Part shown: one piece after another, positions 8,094 to 16,990 of the stretch
How positions within the stretch are numbered: the stretch's first letter is position 1
How the letters are laid out: every line of letters begins with the position of its first letter
Source of the DNA: an uncultured virus (IMG/VR IMGVR_UViG_3300032282_001987)
Lineage: Duplodnaviria > Heunggongvirae > Uroviricota > Caudoviricetes
IMG/VR virus record: IMGVR_UViG_3300032282_001987
DNA length: 64,000 bases
Reading direction: 5' to 3' (one strand)
Made by a program: the position numbers and the translations under genes
Notes under the pieces: model-generated
Seen by the model: only the letters and a program-made list of their open reading frames with translations
Databases searched by the model: none
What the model was told of the DNA's origin: nothing

Positions 8094-10934
8094 TTAAGCT
8101 AGTGCAGTCACAACCTTTTCTTGTATGCGATTTCCCTTACGTATCTCATCGATAGCATCATCGAACTTCTGTGATAACATAGTCACCATAGTCTTGATAT
8201 CATCACTAGGATTCATCATTGATCCAAAAGAACCCTGTCTAGTAGTCAATGAACCTATCTGGGATTCTAGTGTAGACTTCTGCACTGACTCTACCATAGT
8301 GCGTAATTGATCTTCCCTGAACACGAACTCTTTACCCGGACCATGCAGCATGACTGGGTAACCGCTAGAAGGTCCTTCAAACACACCGCCAGTGGCAGCG
8401 GTCTTAGCGACACGTTTAGCAAAATCAGCAATAACAGTGTTGACAGGTTTCATCAAATGCGGATTAGTATCTCTTTCTGGACCTTCTTTTAACCCTAAGA
8501 CATCAGCAGCTTTGTCGGCGCCTTTGCCTTCTTTTTGTGCTTTGATCAATTTTGCAGCGCCCGCTGCACCTACACCATGGGCTAGAGACAGATTTTCTTC
8601 ATTTGGAAATACACCTAGACTCTGTAAGACTTTTGCATTTTCGTCTGTATAGGCGCGCATCATCTTATCTTGAGTCTCTTTGTCAAACTTAGCAGTCATG
8701 TCGATGCCGGCACGTTTCGCAGCGCCTGCAACATCCATAAATTGATATGCTCCTGCAGCTTGCTTGTTTGTTTTTAATCTTTTCTCCTCGGCTTGCCAAG
8801 CTGCTACTTCAGCGATGGTAGACTCAGTTACCTTTTTACCATTGATATCACCTGTACCGGATCTACCAAAAGTAGTGTTGTATTGGCCACCGGATTCTTT
8901 TTTCGCAACCTTCTCCATATAAGACTGAGTGATATTATCAAAGTCTCTAGTATCTTGTTTACCACCTAACTTTGCGGTTTCTTCTTTGAGTTCTAATATC
9001 TTTTTTTCTCTTTCGAGGATTTTCGTTCTTTCTTCTTGTTCGACAGTTTGCTGTTTTTGCATGAAAGTATCGAAGACCTCTTTCTTCCTGTCGACCCCTG
9101 CCATTCTCATAGAGTTAGCTATATCCCAGTACTGGGCTCTCTGCTCATCAGCCGCTAGCTTCTCTTTCATCAATTGTTCTTTTTTGGTAGCGTCAGTCTC
9201 TTTTTTCCATGCCTCTTCTTTCGCTACGCTCAATTTCTCTTGGTCTTGTACTAGCTTGTCTATCGCACGTTGGGCAGCTGCGCCCTGCTCACGTGGAGTA
9301 GCACCTTGTGCTCCAGCTTCAGTCAATGCGGCTGCTATCTCATCTAGTTTAGCTTTTCTTTCCTGTGCTAAGGCTGCTTTCTGATTAGATTCTGCTAATT
9401 CTTGGTTAGCTACTTTTAAATCTTCCGCATTATCAGTGAGGTCTCTGAAATTAGCAGATAGATTAGTCTTTCCTAAACCGACGTATGTACCGAATTTATC
9501 GATCATCTTAGCTAAGAATTTAGCAAAGCTATGGAATATGCTAGTAGCACCTAGCACTGCCGGTAACAATTTGTCTCCTATAGCAAATTTGAAGTCTTCC
9601 ATAGCGTTTCTCACGTTACGTTCTTGCTTCACTATCGCAGTCTCTGTATCTCTACGAGCATTGACACCTTCTTTCTCTATAGCTTCGCGTTCTTCTATGA
9701 ATTTTTTGACATCTATTGTTTTGGCCCTCTGCATTCCAGCATATGCTTCTACGCTCACACCGAGTTCATCCATAGCCCCCATAGCTCCGGCTTTCATCGC
9801 AGGACCTAATCGCTTGAAGTTGCCTTCTAATCTGGGACCAAAATCGTTAGTCATATTTCCCAGGTCTGTGGCTAAATCTCCACTACCTTTGACGACCTTG
9901 TTTATACCTTCAAATCCTGCATTACCCAAAGACATGGCTACGGCTGCTGCTTTGTCACTTGTGATAGCCCCATTATTGAGTATCATGTCGCGCATACCGT
10001 CACCAAACGATTTACCATATACCTTTTCTACGTAGGCTAGACTAGTCTGTATGCGATTAGCTTCTGCTTCACCTTTAGCTCCACTAGCACGTAATTCTTG
10101 TAGATGCAATTGCAATCTAGCATCTTGCAGTTGTGCTTCTCTAGCTTCTTCCATCTCATCTCTGGTGAGACCAGTCAATCTTGCGATATCGCTGAGATTT
10201 CCTATATATCTCACGCTCTCTTGATTCAACTGTTCTGTAGTTTTACCTAACGTTCCACCAGACAATGTTTGTTGCTTTATGTAATTGCCGGTAAACTTGA
10301 AGGCATCTTCCATAGTGACACCGAAACGCCTCAATCTATACTCAGTGTCTCCCTGCAAAGTCTTTTGGAATACATCGACTAATGCTTTACGGCCTACTGC
10401 TGCTGTACCACCAAAAGTTCCTAATTCAGGTCCTACTTTTCGCAAGCCTTCCAGAAAGAACTGTATGTTCTCTGAACTACCACCTACGGCTTTTAGATCA
10501 TCTAGTACGCCCCTGAATCCCCTAGTATCGATAGCTCCGAACTCGCTCAACTGATCGAATGCTTTGCTCAATGCATCGTTCTGTTTCAACGATGCAGTAG
10601 CGACCATGCCAAACAGTTTTACTAATCCACCTATGGCTAGTCCTAGAGGACCCATAGCAGCTAACAACCCATACGTAGTGTTAGTGACGGATCCTACAGC
10701 ACCGCTGTATTTCTCTAGACCTGCAGCACTGCTGGTCATAGCATTACCTAATTCTTTAGCACCACCTAATATACCAGTAGCAGCATTCTTGTACGCAGCC
10801 GCGGCAATCTTGGCTGTCTCTACTGCTTTCTGTTCCGCAGCGGCTCTAGCATTCGTAGCCTTAGAGGCGTCGCCGGTGCTATCGGTAAGGCTCTTTAGTG
10901 CTTTGCTCAGTTCTTCTGGGTTAATTTCTGCCAT
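8094..10934 (-). CDS. Tape-measure-like protein with C-terminal lysozyme/lytic-transglycosylase-like domain
   Basis: 946 aa, Ala/Gly-rich helical protein with coiled coils; KESGGQYN...AAGAYQF...FDKETQD...LAHGVGAAGA; near-terminal GGVFEGPSSGYPVMLHG motif. Confidence 0.7.
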   Translation of the reverse strand: MAEINPEELSKALKSLTDSTGDASKATNARAAAEQKAVETAKIAAAAYKNAATGILGGAKELGNAMTSSAAGLEKYSGAVGSVTNTTYGLLAAMGPLGLAIGGLVKLFGMVATASLKQNDALSKAFDQLSEFGAIDTRGFRGVLDDLKAVGGSSENIQFFLEGLRKVGPELGTFGGTAAVGRKALVDVFQKTLQGDTEYRLRRFGVTMEDAFKFTGNYIKQQTLSGGTLGKTTEQLNQESVRYIGNLSDIARLTGLTRDEMEEAREAQLQDARLQLHLQELRASGAKGEAEANRIQTSLAYVEKVYGKSFGDGMRDMILNNGAITSDKAAAVAMSLGNAGFEGINKVVKGSGDLATDLGNMTNDFGPRLEGNFKRLGPAMKAGAMGAMDELGVSVEAYAGMQRAKTIDVKKFIEEREAIEKEGVNARRDTETAIVKQERNVRNAMEDFKFAIGDKLLPAVLGATSIFHSFAKFLAKMIDKFGTYVGLGKTNLSANFRDLTDNAEDLKVANQELAESNQKAALAQERKAKLDEIAAALTEAGAQGATPREQGAAAQRAIDKLVQDQEKLSVAKEEAWKKETDATKKEQLMKEKLAADEQRAQYWDIANSMRMAGVDRKKEVFDTFMQKQQTVEQEERTKILEREKKILELKEETAKLGGKQDTRDFDNITQSYMEKVAKKESGGQYNTTFGRSGTGDINGKKVTESTIAEVAAWQAEEKRLKTNKQAAGAYQFMDVAGAAKRAGIDMTAKFDKETQDKMMRAYTDENAKVLQSLGVFPNEENLSLAHGVGAAGAAKLIKAQKEGKGADKAADVLGLKEGPERDTNPHLMKPVNTVIADFAKRVAKTAATGGVFEGPSSGYPVMLHGPGKEFVFREDQLRTMVESVQKSTLESQIGSLTTRQGSFGSMMNPSDDIKTMVTMLSQKFDDAIDEIRKGNRIQEKVVTALA

Positions 10935-10945
10935 GTTTTGACCGT

Positions 10946-10953
10946 TATAAATA
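10946..10953 (+). promoter_or_regulatory. Late promoter TATAAATA for the gp26-like gene
   Basis: Exact T4 late consensus in the divergent intergenic region. Confidence 0.65.
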
Positions 10954-10968
10954 TTCAGTACTGTAGTG

Positions 10969-10975
10969 TATTTAG
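10969..10975 (-). promoter_or_regulatory. Putative late promoter variant CTAAATA for the tape-measure-like gene
   Basis: TATTTAG on the + strand, 34 nt upstream of the ATG at 10934. Confidence 0.45.
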
Positions 10976-11006
10976 TACCGTATTTTACTCCAAAATAAGG
11001 ATCTAT

Positions 11007-11834
11007 ATGAATGAAGTAAACCCGTTAAAGCAATATTTCCGCAGGCCTGCATTGTATCTGAAACTACCTAGCGAAGGCTTAGGCTATGCAGAAGGATCGT
11101 TGAATCTGCCTGAGAACGGCGAATTGCCCGTGTATCCTATGACTGCGATAGATGATATCACTACCAAGACTCCGGACGCGTTGTTCAATGGATCAGCGGT
11201 AGTAGAGATCATAAAGAGTTGTGTACCCAATATCATCGATCCTTGGGAAGTCAATGGTTTGGATCTAGACCCTATCCTAGTAGCTATACGTACTGCTAGC
11301 ACAGGTGACAAGATGGAGATCGAGACTGTCTGTCCAGCTTGCAGCGAAGATTCGAAATATGATGTGAATCTGTCTATGATTCTTGCTGGATTCCGTGCAG
11401 GTGATTACGCTACACCTACTAGACTGGGTGATCTAGTGATCAAATTCAGACCACTAAAATACAGAGAGATCAACAAGGCCAACACTGAGCAGTTCAACAT
11501 CCAGCGCATGCTAGGTAACCTAGAAGCTATGCCCGAAGGGGAAGAAAAGATCACTCGGGGCAATGAATTAGTGAAAGTGATAGGTGAGATGACTATGCAA
11601 TTGATCGCCAACACAATCGAATACATCAAGACTCCCGAAGCGACAGTATTAGACAAGAACTACATATATGAATTTCTGTCCAATGTAGATAAGAAAACAT
11701 ATGATGAGATCCAGAGTGTGGCATTCGAGTTACGCAAGTCTACAGAGAACAAACCATTAGATGTCAAGTGTATCCATTGCTCACATGAGTTCCAGCAGAC
11801 CTTCACAGTAAACGTATCTGATTTTTTCGGTTAA
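11007..11834 (+). CDS. Baseplate hub assembly protein / tail chaperone (T4 gp26-like)
   Basis: NPLKQYFRRPALYLKLPS, PMTAIDDI, ILVAIRTAS, two CxxC pairs, ends SDFFG. Start moved to ATG 11007, which has an AAGGA RBS. Confidence 0.75.
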   Translation: MNEVNPLKQYFRRPALYLKLPSEGLGYAEGSLNLPENGELPVYPMTAIDDITTKTPDALFNGSAVVEIIKSCVPNIIDPWEVNGLDLDPILVAIRTASTGDKMEIETVCPACSEDSKYDVNLSMILAGFRAGDYATPTRLGDLVIKFRPLKYREINKANTEQFNIQRMLGNLEAMPEGEEKITRGNELVKVIGEMTMQLIANTIEYIKTPEATVLDKNYIYEFLSNVDKKTYDEIQSVAFELRKSTENKPLDVKCIHCSHEFQQTFTVNVSDFFG

Positions 11835-12058
11835 GGCTTCTCTCCCTTGACTCCGAGGGTGTTAGTAAGCTGATAGAGCAATACGAAAAGGAGGTCAATG
11901 CCATAAAGCATCAAGCATTGAAAATGTCTTGGTACATGCGTGGTGGCATATCCTATACGGATATATTGAATCTATCTTGGCCTGAGAGAGAATCTATCAG
12001 TAAGATAATAGAGGAAAATCTTGAGACTACGAAGAACAGCAAATTACCATTCTTCTAA
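11822..12058 (+). CDS. gp51-like small ORF, probably reached by -1 frameshift from the upstream gene (independent ATG at 11924 also possible)
   Basis: 78 open codons between TGA (11819-11821) and TAA (12056-12058): FFRLRLLSLDSEGVSKLIEQYEKEVNAIKHQALKMSWYMRGGISYTDILNLSWPERESISKIIEENLETTKNSKLPFF. Not in the ORF track. Confidence 0.7.
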   Translation, partial: FFRLRLLSLDSEGVSKLIEQYEKEVNAIKHQALKMSWYMRGGISYTDILNLSWPERESISKIIEENLETTKNSKLPFF

Positions 12059-12552
12059 CCGTAATTATTCATTGTAATAACTTAGGCTTATCTCTGAAGA
12101 TGACCTACGGTCATCTAATACCTCACTTGTATTCGCTTCGCTCACACATCGTTCGGTATTCTTTTTACTGTTATCAATCTATCTGCTTCTAGACATGACT
12201 TGCCGCTTTGAAGCCATGGTAGTGCTATTCAGCACTACCAATGGTGACTTGCCATGCCCGTCATCCTTTGCTATCTATTCCCACTAGATCGGCTATTTGT
12301 GCCACCTAGTGCTACCGGTTGCCCTGTAAAGTTTATGGACTGTAGTGAGGCTGTCAGATATTATTGATTCCTCAGCAACGCATGTATCATGGTGTCAAGA
12401 TAGAGTAACCATGATCTCATTCAGGGTTCGCTTTGACGATTGCCCTGTCGGTATTCCGTGTCTAATGTTCTGACACGCTTGCTCCAGATCTGTCAGCACA
12501 GCACTACCTGTACAAACTCAAGGAGGATTGGGGAACCCCAATCAGACGAATT
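12059..12552. ncRNA. Candidate large structured non-coding RNA or structured cis element (family unknown; - strand slightly favoured)
   Basis: No ORF in the track; at least seven inverted repeats (12098-12116, 12217-12240, 12282-12311, 12386-12415, 12422-12447, 12457-12477, 12526-12543). Confidence 0.55.
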
Positions 12553-13119
12553 TTATTGAATCGTTTCTGTAGCTATTGTTATATGTGAATTTGACTTGGT
12601 GTCTGGATTTGTTGAGCCTGAATATGCTTTGAAAAGTGCTGTGTTGTGTTTGAAGAATGATGTCATCTCCATGATGTACCAATCCCCATATGTCTTGCTG
12701 CCATAGAACACGAAATTATCTGTGATCCATGTCAGTTTTGGTTGTACTGCTACATATCTTCCTATGCGATTGAACTTCATAAAAAGTATGTTGAAATCCC
12801 CTTCATCTTCTACTTCTAGTAACTGATCTAACCAAGAATCGAACTGTTTGCATTCACCTGTCAATAACAAGTGGAATGGAAAATTAGCATAGAATTTGCA
12901 TTCAGTATTCAATCTAGGAAAACTCTGTCCAGGAACGATATCGCCCTTGAAACTACGTATCTGCCCTTCATGCAACACTTGTGTGCGTGATTGATTCTTG
13001 CCGCCCACATATGCGCCACTGCCCGGGGCGCGTATGAAACTCTCCCCGTACAATTCGCTGAGATATTTAGCTATCTCTCGCTCGAATCCTGACCCTTTTG
13101 CTTTCTGTGGACTTGGCAT
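12553..13119 (-). CDS. Holliday junction resolvase-like PD-(D/E)xK nuclease
   Basis: KAKGSGFEREIA...R.PGSGA...GDIV...ECKFY pattern of Hjc-type resolvases; next to gp46/gp47. Confidence 0.8.
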   Translation of the reverse strand: MPSPQKAKGSGFEREIAKYLSELYGESFIRAPGSGAYVGGKNQSRTQVLHEGQIRSFKGDIVPGQSFPRLNTECKFYANFPFHLLLTGECKQFDSWLDQLLEVEDEGDFNILFMKFNRIGRYVAVQPKLTWITDNFVFYGSKTYGDWYIMEMTSFFKHNTALFKAYSGSTNPDTKSNSHITIATETIQ

Positions 13120-13124
13120 GCTAC

Positions 13125-13132
13125 TACTTATC
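13125..13132 (-). promoter_or_regulatory. Putative late promoter GATAAGTA, 5 nt before the resolvase ATG
   Basis: TACTTATC on the + strand; no SD between box and ATG. Confidence 0.5.
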
Positions 13133-13151
13133 AGCTACTTTCTATTTTAAA

Positions 13152-14915
13152 TTATTCTATGTCTACTGCTGTGTTGTATGTGGTGAAACCATTCTCTTTG
13201 ACCACTTTCAACACGCTAGGCACACGTCCGGCTAGTTCTTCTCGGTGACTCACTAGCCATATCGACTTCTGCCTGCGCCTGCTCATCTCTTTCAAGATGG
13301 CTATGCTGTTCTCTACACCCATAGTATCTAACCCGCTATCGATCAATTCATCGATGAACAGTGTATTGATGGGTTGATATAAGTTCTCCCATACATCACG
13401 GAACGCGAAACTCAGTCCCAAGATCAGTCTATTACGCTCACCCCTAGATAGATTGTCGAAATCTAACTCACGACCTAGTTCAGTGATCTCCACAGTCAAG
13501 TCATTGAGGAACACGACCTGATGCGGCAATCCTATACGGTCTAGATAGTGTGTCAATCTAGCATTGAGATAGCTGAGGTTCTGGTCGATGATCTTTTTAC
13601 GGACGAAGCTGTCTTTGCTAGTCAATATGTCTAACAGGAACTTCTGATGATCCATCTTGCGTGTCAGTACATTGATAGTGTCGAAGTTTACCTCTTGCAA
13701 TGCTTGGTTCTCCATGTCTACTATCTGCTCGGCATATGGATCGACTTCTTGTATCTTAGCTTCGATCTGTGTACCTAGATTGTTGAATTTGCTGCGATGC
13801 TCTACAGCCTCTTCTTCAGTATCGTAATAGAGTTTTGGTTGCTTACCTATCTCTCCTATAGCCTCTTTGCTGGCTTTCAATTGATCAGCTTGATCTACAA
13901 GAGCAGTCAACGTCTCGGTAGCGTCTTCTAACGCTTTCTTTTTATCTTCCAATACTTTCTTATGCTTCTCATCGTGGAACTCTTGTCCACAAGTATGGCA
14001 TTTGTGTTCGTTCAATGTCTCTATCTCAGCATTGAGCTTGGTTATAGACTTGATCTCTCTATCCGTATCAGTTCCGTTACGTGTGATAGACTTGTCTATG
14101 TCCTCATGCGCTTTCTTGCGCTGATTATATGCGGCTAAGTCTTTGTGACCCTGCAACTCAGCATTGATATCTAGTTTAGATAACTCATCATATTCTAATT
14201 GCAATTTATTCAGATCATCTTTGTGTTTGTTAGTCCACAATGTCTGGCGACGTTTCAATGCCTCGATCTGTTCTATGATGCGCTTGTTAGCTTCTTCTAC
14301 CGCTTTGATGCGATATTCTTCTGCTTGTATGTTGTCTTTGCTGTCTTTGATCAGGTTCTTGATGATATCAGCCTTCTCGGACAACAATGTGATGCCCAAT
14401 AACTGCTCTATGATGTTCCTCTGATCATTAGACTTCATAGCCAAGAAAGGTTCGCTATACGTGTTCAATGCTATGATATGCTTGAACATATCAGGAGTCA
14501 TGTTTATCACACGCTCGATGGCTTGCTGTGTCTCACGGCTATCGCCCTGCGCATCGTCCTGCACTTTCTGCAAATCATTGTTGACATAGAATCTGAGTAT
14601 GTTTGGTTTGCGACCACGCTCGATCTTATATTCGATGCCGGACACACTGAACTCTAGTGTGACCATCATGCCTTTGCCATTCGTGCGATTGGCTAGGTTA
14701 TCTTTGCGTATGCTGTTGATAGGCAATCCAAACAATGCATAGCTCAGACCTTGTATCAACGAGGTCTTGCCTGTACCATTACGTGCGCCATCACCTCCCA
14801 GATCCAAGTTCTCTCCCAAGATCAATGTGAGGTCTTGCCTGTCGAAGTTGACCGCTTGTGTGACTTGCCCTACGCTCAAGAAATTGCGCAGGGTGATGTT
14901 TTTCAATGAAATCAT
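13152..14915 (-). CDS. gp46: Recombination endonuclease subunit, Rad50/SbcC-like ATPase (gp46)
   Basis: Walker A NGTGKT, zinc hook CHTC in a coiled coil, signature LSRGE, Walker B LFIDE, H-loop VSH. Confidence 0.95.
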   Translation of the reverse strand: MISLKNITLRNFLSVGQVTQAVNFDRQDLTLILGENLDLGGDGARNGTGKTSLIQGLSYALFGLPINSIRKDNLANRTNGKGMMVTLEFSVSGIEYKIERGRKPNILRFYVNNDLQKVQDDAQGDSRETQQAIERVINMTPDMFKHIIALNTYSEPFLAMKSNDQRNIIEQLLGITLLSEKADIIKNLIKDSKDNIQAEEYRIKAVEEANKRIIEQIEALKRRQTLWTNKHKDDLNKLQLEYDELSKLDINAELQGHKDLAAYNQRKKAHEDIDKSITRNGTDTDREIKSITKLNAEIETLNEHKCHTCGQEFHDEKHKKVLEDKKKALEDATETLTALVDQADQLKASKEAIGEIGKQPKLYYDTEEEAVEHRSKFNNLGTQIEAKIQEVDPYAEQIVDMENQALQEVNFDTINVLTRKMDHQKFLLDILTSKDSFVRKKIIDQNLSYLNARLTHYLDRIGLPHQVVFLNDLTVEITELGRELDFDNLSRGERNRLILGLSFAFRDVWENLYQPINTLFIDELIDSGLDTMGVENSIAILKEMSRRRQKSIWLVSHREELAGRVPSVLKVVKENGFTTYNTAVDIE

Positions 14916-15925
14916 AGACTGTTATATATTTCTAAGAGTAATTTCTTATCATAGAACTCGCTCTCGATAGCACCGATCTGATCGATGATGATCTGATCCA
15001 CGCTCTCGAACTTCAGTTCTCCTGGTGCTAAGTCTTGCGTGTGCTGTTCTAGTTTTATAGGTATCAATGCCATCTCACGCAATCTATGTTTAGGAATCAA
15101 TGTCTCACGTATGAAATTGGCTTCTTCATAGCTGATATCTATGTCTAGGTGAACTCTAACATTACTATCAGGTAATAGCAAGCCTTCGTTCTCCAATACC
15201 TCGCTCAATTTATATACACGGAACACGGGCTGCTTGTCCCAGCTATGGAATATCGGGTCTTGTCCCCACTCTAATATCATCATACCGCGGGCATCGTCGC
15301 CTGCGTCAGCATAGTTATGCGGGAAAGCATTGCCTATATACCAGATATTCTTCCTAGCTTGCCGTTTATGGAAGTGACCGCTGAACGCAGTATCGAAACC
15401 ATGGAAATGATCAGCATTGATCTCTCCGTGATCTGGCATCTCTACCATGGCATTCATAAAGAACTGTGGTAACTCTAAGTGACCGAACAGATACTTGCCC
15501 GTCAACTTCTGTACCTTCTTGTAATCGTCTTGTACTAACCATGGTGCTATGACTACATCACCTTCGTTGAACCAATCATTGACGATAGTGACGTTTGGTA
15601 GATGTTTAGCCCACTCTACGCTGTGGATATCACGGCGATCACGATAATATAGATCGTGATTACCTGGGATAAAGAACACACGATCAAAGTTATCGCTGAG
15701 TTTCTCTAAAGCCCTGAGTCCATATTGCATAGTGTGGATATTGATGCTAGCACGATGATGGTTCCAGTCTCCCAGAAACATGCATGTCTCGCAATCTTCT
15801 TCTTTTGCCTTCTTGATGAACCAATCGACAAAATTCTCGCAATCGTTATTATGCTGTAGGCTGTTAGACTTCAATCCAAAATGAATATCAGTAAAAACAG
15901 CAGCCTTCTTGAATAGGTTAGTCAT
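14912..15925 (-). CDS. gp47: Recombination nuclease subunit, Mre11/SbcD-like (gp47)
   Basis: Metallophosphoesterase motifs DIHFG, LGD, GNHD, GH, SGHFH; ATGA overlap with gp46. Confidence 0.95.
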   Translation of the reverse strand: MTNLFKKAAVFTDIHFGLKSNSLQHNNDCENFVDWFIKKAKEEDCETCMFLGDWNHHRASINIHTMQYGLRALEKLSDNFDRVFFIPGNHDLYYRDRRDIHSVEWAKHLPNVTIVNDWFNEGDVVIAPWLVQDDYKKVQKLTGKYLFGHLELPQFFMNAMVEMPDHGEINADHFHGFDTAFSGHFHKRQARKNIWYIGNAFPHNYADAGDDARGMMILEWGQDPIFHSWDKQPVFRVYKLSEVLENEGLLLPDSNVRVHLDIDISYEEANFIRETLIPKHRLREMALIPIKLEQHTQDLAPGELKFESVDQIIIDQIGAIESEFYDKKLLLEIYNSL

Positions 15926-15931
15926 CAGTAT

Positions 15932-15960
15932 ATGATATTGTTTCTATTAGGTAATGTCAA
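15932..15960 (-). promoter_or_regulatory. Sigma70-type promoter for gp47-gp46
   Basis: Minus strand TTGACA-17 nt-TATCAT, then 6 nt, then ATG. Confidence 0.8.
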
Positions 15961-15972
15961 AGTGTTTGGCAA

Positions 15973-16866
15973 TCATTCTTCGTATACGTTATTGCTGCTA
16001 GATTGGCGACTCCAGCTTGGGTTCAATCCATTCATCTCTAAGATATCATCACGTATATTCTGATTGCGTTTCTCGCTGTTCAGTACACGGCAGAAACTAT
16101 TGGTGATAGCCGCAGTATAGTAAGCGAATGGGTTAGCACTCTTGGCTTCGTTGAATCTCAAGCCCACATAAGTCAACTGCAAGATAGCACTATTACGCAT
16201 CTCATCGTTGTATGTGTAACCGCGCCAATTGAACTTCATGGCGTATTTCTCGCACATCATTATATACATTCGGGCTAACTTATTGGTGATGTTCCCATGA
16301 TCTTTAGAGAACTCACCACCGTCTAATGTACCTTTCCAGTGGCTCTTACCGATACACTGGAATGTCTTGTTCTCGTCCATCCTGAAATGCTGGAACGGGG
16401 GAAAATTGACCTTGACATGAACCATGTCATCGACTTCTGCTTTGAAGGTATTGTCTTCTAACTCAGCGAATAATGATTCAGCTGGGTCCTCGAACTCGAA
16501 GATATCTTTAGCGGTCTTCTTTTTATCCGATTTGCGGGCTTGTTTTGGGGCGACCGGGATATGATCCCAAGTCATTATCCTGAATACTAGATCGCTATAA
16601 GGGATGTTCCTAGTTGTTATTTTCTCGCCAGTTTCCTGTAGAATCCTTGCTGCTCTAGCTTCTTTCGCAGCCTTGATACTGCTTGGTTTTGACGCATATT
16701 TGAGGCTCTGCTCTATGGTATTTGTGGGTAAATCTACAATGAAATCATATCTATGATCGTTTTTGGGGTCTAGATATGTGCAATATGTGTTCTTGCTTGC
16801 ATGGATTTCTTTGAGAATATCCTTGTTATTCAAATAATTTATTGGTTTCTTTGATGGGATAGACAT
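15973..16866 (-). CDS. gp55: Late-transcription sigma factor (gp55-like)
   Basis: NYLNNKDIL N-terminus; NWRGYTYNDEM and FNEAKSANPFAYYT motifs; adjacent to gp47 as in T4-like phages. Confidence 0.85.
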   Translation of the reverse strand: MSIPSKKPINYLNNKDILKEIHASKNTYCTYLDPKNDHRYDFIVDLPTNTIEQSLKYASKPSSIKAAKEARAARILQETGEKITTRNIPYSDLVFRIMTWDHIPVAPKQARKSDKKKTAKDIFEFEDPAESLFAELEDNTFKAEVDDMVHVKVNFPPFQHFRMDENKTFQCIGKSHWKGTLDGGEFSKDHGNITNKLARMYIMMCEKYAMKFNWRGYTYNDEMRNSAILQLTYVGLRFNEAKSANPFAYYTAAITNSFCRVLNSEKRNQNIRDDILEMNGLNPSWSRQSSSNNVYEE

Positions 16867-16890
16867 GATTCTCCGTTATTGTTTTGCACT

Positions 16891-16919
16891 ATTATAACAC
16901 CTCAGGTGTCACATTGCAA
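16891..16919 (-). promoter_or_regulatory. Sigma70-type promoter for the late sigma gene
   Basis: Minus strand TTGCAA-17 nt-TATAAT with extended -10 TG; GGAG RBS downstream. Confidence 0.8.
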
Positions 16920-16962
16920 TAGAGTGCAAGTAGAAAGGGTAAAAAACGCACTATTATTTAGC

Positions 16963-16970
16963 GATAAATA
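16963..16970 (+). promoter_or_regulatory. Late promoter box GATAAATA starting the baseplate operon
   Basis: Box followed by AAGGA RBS and ATG 16991. Confidence 0.65.
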
Positions 16971-16990
16971 TGTATAAGGATAATCATACT

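Noticed and set aside
10938..11006. Track start codons at 10938 (also 16970, 47712, 51986, 59316, 60599)
   Set aside because: These upstream starts overlap promoter boxes or neighbouring genes; downstream ATGs with an RBS or stop-start coupling fit better.
11888..11906. Strong SD-like AAGGAGGT followed by ATG CCA TAA
   Set aside because: Only 2 nt separate it from that ATG, the ORF is two codons long, and it is too far from the in-frame ATG at 11924; probably incidental to Lys-Glu-Val codons.
12059..12552. Group I intron or tRNA cluster as the identity of the structured region
   Set aside because: A TACAGTCC on the minus strand loosely recalls the group I S element, but I found no matching P7 partner, no interrupted gene and no cloverleaf. 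Left as unassigned.
6290..15925. Inteins or introns in portal, gp46 or gp47
   Set aside because: Lengths and motif spacing look normal, and I saw no intein termini or homing-endonuclease motifs.
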